Below the pieces are notes generated by a model, which saw nothing but the letters and a program-made list of their open reading frames with translations, was not told the origin of the DNA and searched no databases. Position numbers and translations under genes: made by a program. Below are positions 15,880-21,693 of a DNA stretch of 32,000 nucleotides, piece by piece. This stretch comes from Methanothermobacter thermautotrophicus str. Delta H (lineage in GTDB: Archaea; Methanobacteriota; Methanobacteria; Methanobacteriales; Methanothermobacteraceae): contig NC_000916.1 in the NCBI RefSeq assembly GCF_000008645.1, positions 390,001 through 422,000 on the forward strand. The letters run 5' to 3'. The first letter of the stretch is position 1. Every line of letters starts with the position of its first letter.

Positions 15880-16749
15880 TCACCAGACCTCTGAGGAGTG
15901 CTTCCTCAGAACCTCGACTATACTGTTCACCTTACCCTCACCGAGCATGAGACGGCTTCTTGATATGTGGTCGGGGATCTGGCAGGGCTTCATTATCAGG
16001 CAGTATTCGTCATCCTCGATGATGGTGCAGGAGCTGTTGATGAATGCCACAATTGCATTTACCCATGAGACGTAGATGTCCTCTGATTCAAGGAACTCCT
16101 TGAGTATGGCGGCATTTCTCTTTGACTGGATGGATGGTGATCTTATCTCCTCCTTCCTGAGGTCGTCATCCAGGAACCAGCGGTCACCCCTCACTATATA
16201 GTTTCCTGAGTAGGATTTTGTCTCGATCACATAGACCCCTGTGGGCCCCACAACAACGTGATCGATGTTTCCGTGGGCACCTGGCAGGTGAACGTCGTTG
16301 AAGATGTGATATCCTTGCGGGAGCCTTCTGAGGCAGCTGGCCACTATGAGTTCACCCACATAACCTTTTGTCCAGCCCATACCCCTCATTTCACCTGTCC
16401 TCATGATTGCAAGGGACAGTAACATGATGGTAGGGCCGGCCAGGACCAGAATTATGGCCCATTTAAGACCTGTGATTAGAAGTAGTATGCCTGAGGCGAA
16501 GGTGATTGCAGCCAGAGGGAGGGCCCAGTGCCCCATACCCGAGAGCCTCCAGTACCTCTCAGCCTTCTTCTGGGTGTGGGTCCTCTTAAAGGATTCTGGA
16601 ACACTCTTTGTCAGGTTACGGTACTCGTTGAGGCTGTTAACGTAGAGTAGAAGTGACCCGCACTCGTCGCACATGTAGAATACCCAGAATTCCTCTTCAG
16701 AGTTGATCTGCCAGTAGTGGTTACAGTTCTCACATATGAGGTAGGCCAT
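15880..16749 (-). CDS. Membrane-anchored NERD (nuclease-related domain) protein with an N-terminal zinc ribbon
   Basis: The N-terminus has CENC...CDEC (4 Cys). Two TM helices follow (WALPLAAITFASGILLLITGL, AIILVLAGPTIMLLSLAIM). The NERD core is GYVGELIVASCLRRLPQGYHIFNDVHL...GNIDHVVVGPTGVYVIETKSYSG. Confidence 0.75.
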   Translation of the reverse strand: MAYLICENCNHYWQINSEEEFWVFYMCDECGSLLLYVNSLNEYRNLTKSVPESFKRTHTQKKAERYWRLSGMGHWALPLAAITFASGILLLITGLKWAIILVLAGPTIMLLSLAIMRTGEMRGMGWTKGYVGELIVASCLRRLPQGYHIFNDVHLPGAHGNIDHVVVGPTGVYVIETKSYSGNYIVRGDRWFLDDDLRKEEIRSPSIQSKRNAAILKEFLESEDIYVSWVNAIVAFINSSCTIIEDDEYCLIMKPCQIPDHISRSRLMLGEGKVNSIVEVLRKHSSEVW

Positions 16750-16954
16750 GATATCACTTAAAGACGATTTCCATTCTTAGTTATCGGAGGAGTTCATTAT
16801 ATCTTTTTCCTTGAGGGCGGTTTTGTGATTACATAACAATATGCTTGATGCATGATAAAGGCGCAGGTTCTAAGGGTGATACTGGTCATGAAATCTGGGT
16901 GAAGAGGGTTTCTGTTTAATCCTCTGGTTCATGCAGTGGTAGTGTACCTGGATA

Positions 16955-17023
16955 GATCTTTATGTAATCTTCAGAGTGAGAACATTACTTAGAACATTCC
17001 GATATACTGATCTTTATGTAATC
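16955..17023. repeat. Two exact 15-bp direct repeats GATCTTTATGTAATC (16955-16969 and 17009-17023)
   Basis: Read directly from the sequence; start-to-start spacing is 54 bp. Each repeat contains the TTATGTAA core that recurs six times between 16829 and 17980. Confidence 0.9.
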
Positions 17024-17198
17024 CTATGAGGGTACCCAACCGTATATTGGCTCCATGTAGAATCTGGCCTTTATTTTTTCCTGCGACTATTGCCATCCCA
17101 TGATTTTGTTTCTCTTTAGCAATCCTGCAGTCATCCTTTAAACCTGGTTTTGCATCAGAACTGAAGAGCAGAAGGGAAAACGGCCCCAGATTCTAAAG

Positions 17199-17207
17199 TT
17201 TTATAAG
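17199..17207 (+). promoter_or_regulatory. TATA-box-like element (TTTTATAAG) for the RHH gene
   Basis: It lies 37-45 nt upstream of ATG 17244. The predicted TSS falls on the TTATGTAA copy at 17223-17230. The SD is AGGGGTG at 17229-17235. Confidence 0.4.
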
Positions 17208-17243
17208 TGCCGGAGACCAAGTTTATGTAAGGGGTGTAATCTT

Positions 17244-17405
17244 ATGGTTGGAAGGAGACCCGGAGGAGGACTTAAAGACACGAAACCCGTTGTTGTCAGA
17301 CTCTACCCTGATGAAATAGAGGCCCTTAAAAGCAGAGTCCCGGCAAATACAAGCATGAGTGCCTACATCCGCAGGATAATTCTCAATCACCTGGAAGATG
17401 ATTAA
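17244..17405 (+). CDS. Ribbon-helix-helix (CopG/Arc/MetJ-type) DNA-binding protein, 53 aa (absent from the ORF track)
   Basis: My translation is MVGRRPGGGLKDTKPVVVRLYPDEIEALKSRVPANTSMSAYIRRIILNHLEDD*. It shows the classic beta strand (PVVVRL), helix 1 (PDEIEALK) and helix 2 (SMSAYIRRIILNHL) layout, with an SD and TATA upstream and a T6 terminator downstream. The listed antisense ORF 17223..17408 is the shadow of this gene. Confidence 0.7.
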   Translation: MVGRRPGGGLKDTKPVVVRLYPDEIEALKSRVPANTSMSAYIRRIILNHLEDD

Positions 17406-17411
17406 CAACTA

Positions 17412-17417
17412 TTTTTT
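17412..17417 (+). terminator. Oligo-T (T6) terminator candidate directly after the RHH gene
   Basis: ATTTTTTAAT lies 7 nt after the TAA at 17403-17405. Confidence 0.4.
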
Positions 17418-17945
17418 AATTAGTAATATCATAATTTTATCCATCATTTAATTTTTATCTGGAGGCATTGCAATCGGTGAAGGTGCTGTAAGGTGGTGAT
17501 GTATATCCTCTGATGGTCCTGACCGGGACTCCATCACACCATTCCTGATAGGTGTGAACTTAAAGTGAAAGTCCTTCATGGATTTGTGTCACACCTTCAG
17601 TTCGACCTTTTAATTTTTGCAGGGTAAAGTTGTGCGGGAATTGGGTAATTAAACCGTTCAGTATATATGGTGCTGGTGATTTACACCCATTTGAGACCAT
17701 TTTCATTTTTCATGCTAAACTCAGAATAACCTTCGTTAAACGATAATATAGCGAAGTTGAATATTTCCTGTTCCTCCAATTTTCGTGTCATGGGGTAGAG
17801 AGTATATGTTTATCAGAACTCATTAAATTCGGAGGCTGACATACCATGTTCACCCCCTCGAGAGAGGAGTATGTATTTATCAGAGAATCGGAATGATGTT
17901 TTTCTGTTTCCTTTAGGGTTCAGGTGGCAGGGAGTTTTTCTGATT

Positions 17946-17981
17946 CTTATGTAACAGGAATCTATGTCACAGTTACATAAG
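17946..17981. repeat. Perfect 10-bp inverted repeat CTTATGTAAC / GTTACATAAG with a 16-nt spacer
   Basis: The arms are at 17946-17955 and 17972-17981. Both contain the TTATGTAA core. Confidence 0.9.
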
Positions 17982-18144
17982 GACTCTCAGGATCCTGCAA
18001 AACTCATTCATCGGTTAGCGAAAAATCATGAGACTTTAACATGAAGGCATGAAATTTCTTTCAGTTCTTGCTTTATCTGGTTATCCGCCATGGCGTATCA
18101 GTTCCAGCAGTATTCCATTTCTACTTTATCGCTGTACCAGAATG

Positions 18145-19809
18145 TTACACAGGGAAGCTTATCCTGAACTCAGTGCCATGATCCCGTCTGATGGTGAGGG
18201 TTCCATCCAGCTGCTCGGTGAGTATACTCACCAGGCTGAGACCCAGGGTATCAGTGTTCTCAGGCTCAATATCCTCAGGTAAACCAACACCATCATCAGC
18301 AACCACCAGCGAAACATCATCATCATGGGATCTGATCCTCACCGTCACACTGCCGGTCCCATCAGGGAAGGCGTACTTGACACTGTTTGTCACAAGCTCA
18401 TTTATTATGAGGCCAAGGGGTATCGCAGTGTCAATATCTGGTTTTATGTCATCAACTTCAATAACCTTCCTTATGCTGCTCCCATGGGAGATGATTATAT
18501 CCTCCACCAGCCTCTCTACATAGTCCCTGAAGTTGATGCTGGCAAGGGATTCTGAACGATAGAGGTGCTCATGTATCATTGCCATCACCTTTATGCGTCC
18601 CTGGCTTTCCATCAGCACATCGCGGACCTCTTTACCCTCTGTTCCAAGGCTCTGGAGGTTCAGGAGACTTGATATTATCTGGAGGTTGTTCTTGACCCGG
18701 TGGTGCACCTCCCTTAAGAGGAGTTCCTTCTCACTGAGGGATCTCCGGAGATTCTCCTCAGCCTCCTTGATTTCCGTGATATCCACCATGGAGGTCACGC
18801 TTTTCGCGGTGCCCGGGATCATGCCCACTATCATCTGCATGTGCCTGACTTCACCGTGCCGGTTTTGAAATCTGAAGGTGTACCTTCTAGGTGCGAGGCG
18901 CGGATCCCTCCTTCGGATTTTATGATACTCCATCATCCTTTCAAGGTCCTCGTCCACCACGAACTCGGTCCAGCTCTTTTTCCCCTCTATCTCATCCCCT
19001 GAGTAGCCGCTCAGTCTCTCAAATTCTCTGTTGGCAAGGATTATGGTGGTGTCCTCATCCACTATGGTGGTCGCAGCCCCGGTGTTCTCGAATATGGTCC
19101 TGTAGAGTTTTTCCTTCTCCTCGAGTTCCTCTTGAAGCTGTTTTTCCTTTGCGCGGTCCTCATAAACCGCCACCACCTCACCTGAGGGTAATCTGTACAC
19201 GAAGTTTTCCCTCCAGCCACTTATTCTCTCGTCCCGGTACTCTGTGAGGGGGTAGTGCTCAGGATTTCCCGTCCTGTATACTCTCCTGAGGACATCAAGG
19301 AGTCCGAACTCCTCCACACCGGGAAACACCTCAGTCACCCTTTTTCCAAGGACATCCTCCCTCTTAATCCTCTCAGTCTCCTCAGCGGCCCTGTTGAAGT
19401 CAGTGAATAGGAAATCCTCACCATCATCCACGGCCTCATAGACTGCGACACAGGTATTGATATTCTCAAAGAGTTCTCTGTAGCGTTCCTCCTCCAGAAC
19501 AAGTCTCCTGATGATAAAATCCATACACGCCTTAATTTCCTCTGTTCCAGGTGGCTTTTCAAGGCATCCATGGGGGCAGGTTACAACAACGTTCTCATCA
19601 AAGTCCAGGAGGTACATGAATGGTACCCTGATGTCGCATGAAGCCCATCGGCTGACCCTAGCAGGGGTTGTGTATATCAGTACCGTGTCGGCCTCGGCGG
19701 CTCTTTCAATTTTGTCGGCGACGGTCACCTCAACTCCGGCGGAGCTGAGCTTCTCCAGGAGATCAGACACATCGGCTTCAGTGTCCCTTACGAGAAGGAT
19801 CCTGAGCAT
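18145..19809 (-). CDS. Sensor histidine kinase: degenerate receiver-like N-terminus, two PAS domains, HisKA_2 and HATPase_c
   Basis: H-box [21 protein letters not shown]-box [15 protein letters not shown] and G-box [15 protein letters not shown] signatures follow coiled linkers ([16 protein letters not shown]). An SD GGAGGG lies upstream of the ATG. Confidence 0.85.
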   Translation of the reverse strand: MLRILLVRDTEADVSDLLEKLSSAGVEVTVADKIERAAEADTVLIYTTPARVSRWASCDIRVPFMYLLDFDENVVVTCPHGCLEKPPGTEEIKACMDFIIRRLVLEEERYRELFENINTCVAVYEAVDDGEDFLFTDFNRAAEETERIKREDVLGKRVTEVFPGVEEFGLLDVLRRVYRTGNPEHYPLTEYRDERISGWRENFVYRLPSGEVVAVYEDRAKEKQLQEELEEKEKLYRTIFENTGAATTIVDEDTTIILANREFERLSGYSGDEIEGKKSWTEFVVDEDLERMMEYHKIRRRDPRLAPRRYTFRFQNRHGEVRHMQMIVGMIPGTAKSVTSMVDITEIKEAEENLRRSLSEKELLLREVHHRVKNNLQIISSLLNLQSLGTEGKEVRDVLMESQGRIKVMAMIHEHLYRSESLASINFRDYVERLVEDIIISHGSSIRKVIEVDDIKPDIDTAIPLGLIINELVTNSVKYAFPDGTGSVTVRIRSHDDDVSLVVADDGVGLPEDIEPENTDTLGLSLVSILTEQLDGTLTIRRDHGTEFRISFPV

Positions 19810-19907
19810 TTCTCACACGCCCTCCATGGTCTTCAATGGGATTCACATACCTATTAAGTTAATTGTGATTCTGTGTTCAGGAATGACCGGTAGGTTCCCT
19901 GTTTCCA

Positions 19908-20594
19908 TCAATCCTCCCTGAAGGACCTCCTGGTTCTCATCTCCTCGAGGTTTGAGACTATCCTTGGAAGGTCGCCTGCGGGTATGCTCACCATGACGTC
20001 CTCGTCCCTGATCTCCATGTGCCTCCTTGACCCGGTGTCACCGAAGCCATAGGTCACCTTGCCTGTGAGGTAGGGGAGTGCAGCCATTGAACTGCATATG
20101 GGTCCTGAATCAGCCCCCAGTCCGTGTGAACCGGAATCGTAGGCATTGGCGTGGAGTATCTCCATGGCCTGCCGGGCATTGCAGATTATGAATATGACGT
20201 CCGGTTCAAATTCAGCCCTTCCGAGTGGTGCGAATATCAGGGCCCTGAATATACCCGGTTCAATGTTAAGATTGTTTCTCCAGGAGCGCTGGACTGCAGG
20301 TATGTCCCGGTAGACTCCCATGGCTGTGAGGAATGCCCCGCTTCTCATACTGGCTGGAAACTCTTTCGCGTCCCTTAACCCTGTGTACCTTGCACCCCCC
20401 ATACATTCCTCCTCATCTGCAGTTGCATAGAAAACCTCCCCCTTCATGGCCTTCTCAAGCTTCTTGCAGAACCTTGATTTACCCTCCTCCCTTCTGATGT
20501 CCTGTGGCTCCCTCACTGACCACTTTATGGCCACAGGTTCATTCTCGAGCTTCAGAAGTTCCCTGAACCTTTCACCCATCGCTCTGTAATCCAT
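19908..20594 (-). CDS. DUF169-family protein (COG2043-like), function unknown
   Basis: 228 aa. The N-terminal pattern ...LKLENEPVAIKW... and overall layout are as I remember for DUF169. An SD GGAGGTG lies upstream. Confidence 0.55.
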   Translation of the reverse strand: MDYRAMGERFRELLKLENEPVAIKWSVREPQDIRREEGKSRFCKKLEKAMKGEVFYATADEEECMGGARYTGLRDAKEFPASMRSGAFLTAMGVYRDIPAVQRSWRNNLNIEPGIFRALIFAPLGRAEFEPDVIFIICNARQAMEILHANAYDSGSHGLGADSGPICSSMAALPYLTGKVTYGFGDTGSRRHMEIRDEDVMVSIPAGDLPRIVSNLEEMRTRRSFRED

Positions 20595-20772
20595 TTTAGC
20601 ACCTCCGAATGATATAATAATTATCTGGTTTTTTGATATATTTTATGAAAATAGCGGGTGCTCAAAAAATTTTTTTGATAGGATTGAAAGGGATGAATTC
20701 CTTGAAAAGGCTAGGGAATTCAGTGATTATGACCATGACAGCCTTGATAGAATAGGAAAGGCACTCCTTTGT

Positions 20773-20973
20773 ATGGGGAGCAACCATCCAATGACTGTTA
20801 GGAGGGCATCCGAAATTCTTGAATGGGTTGAATCAGGAACATACAGTGAGGTCATAGAGAGACGCACCAGCGAAAAGCTGGAAACAGCTTTTAAATGTCC
20901 TGAATGTGGAACAACCCTCAGTGGCGATGAGAACTTCTGTGGAATGTGCGGATCGAAGTTATGGGGCCGATGA
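20773..20973 (+). CDS. Small zinc-ribbon protein
   Basis: The C-terminus CPECGTTLSGDENFCGMCGSKL is a CPxCG...CGxCG ribbon. The overlapping minus-strand ORF 20727..20981 has no motif. Confidence 0.5.
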   Translation: MGSNHPMTVRRASEILEWVESGTYSEVIERRTSEKLETAFKCPECGTTLSGDENFCGMCGSKLWGR

Positions 20974-21266
20974 ACCATCATTTATTCATCTTTCTGATTG
21001 CAGAGCATAAATCTGCAATAAAACTAACAGCAGTCTTCTGGCAGCGTTCCAGTCAGTGCCGCCTGATGGAACAGCTCCAGCAGTTAAGTGTGATCTGTTA
21101 CGAACTTTAGGTGTTACCTGTTGAGGTACATCTGTTTGCAGATCACTGAGAGCCACCTGCATAATTAATACCGCAGTGAGACAGCAGCGTCAACTCAGTA
21201 TGGATCTTTGATTAACACCGCGGTGACCTCCCATGATTTCTACAGAACATTAATAGCCGCTGAAGC

Positions 21267-21689
21267 TCATCTGAGACCCGTGTACTCAAGGACACTGGTC
21301 CTCTTATCACCCAGTATCTCAGAGGCCCTGGAGATGCATTCCCCCACAACCGATTCGAGGTCCTCGTCGCCGCTCCAGTACTCCTCAAGGAACCGGTAAC
21401 CCATCCTCCCTGCAAGCCTATCAACCACCACGGAGCAGAGGTAGACGTCATCTATGTAGCCATGGGGGCCGAATATCTCCTCGGGTATTATATCATTGGG
21501 GGCCACAAGGTAGCCCATGGCTGCGCAGATCATCAGCCGGTCCTCTCTCTCTATATCCCTGCTCTGCAGGAGGTCTGCTAGTAGCCTGAAGAGGTCAGGG
21601 GCGTAGTCAACAATCCTATCATAGTCTCCCCGGTAACTGTTGAGGTTCTCGCGGAGTATATCATAGAAGTCTGTGAATTCCATATTCAT
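21267..21689 (-). CDS. DUF1232 (YkvA-like) domain protein
   Basis: AAMGYLVAPNDIIPEEIFGPHGYIDDVYLCSVVV resembles the Y-x-x-x-P-x-D-x-I-P-D...G-Y-x-D-D core of DUF1232. ATG 21689 lies 4 nt after the helicase TGA (GGTGATAATATG), so the two genes are translationally coupled. Confidence 0.5.
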   Translation of the reverse strand: MNMEFTDFYDILRENLNSYRGDYDRIVDYAPDLFRLLADLLQSRDIEREDRLMICAAMGYLVAPNDIIPEEIFGPHGYIDDVYLCSVVVDRLAGRMGYRFLEEYWSGDEDLESVVGECISRASEILGDKRTSVLEYTGLR

Positions 21690-21693
21690 ATTA

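Noticed and set aside
14721-15883. The N-terminal extensions given by the ORF track for mntA (to 14768), hepT (to 14410), DUF368 (to 15883), the ATP-cone protein (to 31151), DUF1232 (to 21707), the TPP enzyme (from 26244) and cobN (from 3361).
   Set aside because: The extensions overlap upstream genes or lack an RBS. Internal ATGs are preceded by GGAGG/GGTGAT-type sites and match the usual family N-termini.
17223-17408. The listed 61-aa minus-strand ORF.
   Set aside because: It is the antisense shadow of the plus-strand RHH gene (17244..17405), which has an SD, a TATA, a terminator and a clear fold signature.
17496-17548. A possible archaeal C/D-box sRNA, with GUGAUGU as the C box and CUGA at 17510 and 17545 as the D'/D boxes.
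   Set aside because: The C box is imperfect. The C-to-D' spacing is about 7 nt and the C'-to-D spacing about 28 nt, instead of the roughly 12 nt guides of archaeal C/D sRNAs. There is no terminal stem.
12063-18127. A shared 9-mer TTCTACTTT near both island borders (12063-12071 and 18119-18127), considered as possible att direct repeats.
   Set aside because: A 9-mer match between two AT-rich regions of about 200 nt is expected by chance at an appreciable rate. There is no extended similarity and no integrase.
20727-20981. The listed 84-aa minus-strand ORF overlapping the zinc-ribbon ORF.
   Set aside because: It has no motifs. The plus-strand ORF carries a CPxCG...CGxCG zinc ribbon and is oriented away from the divergent AT-rich promoter region.
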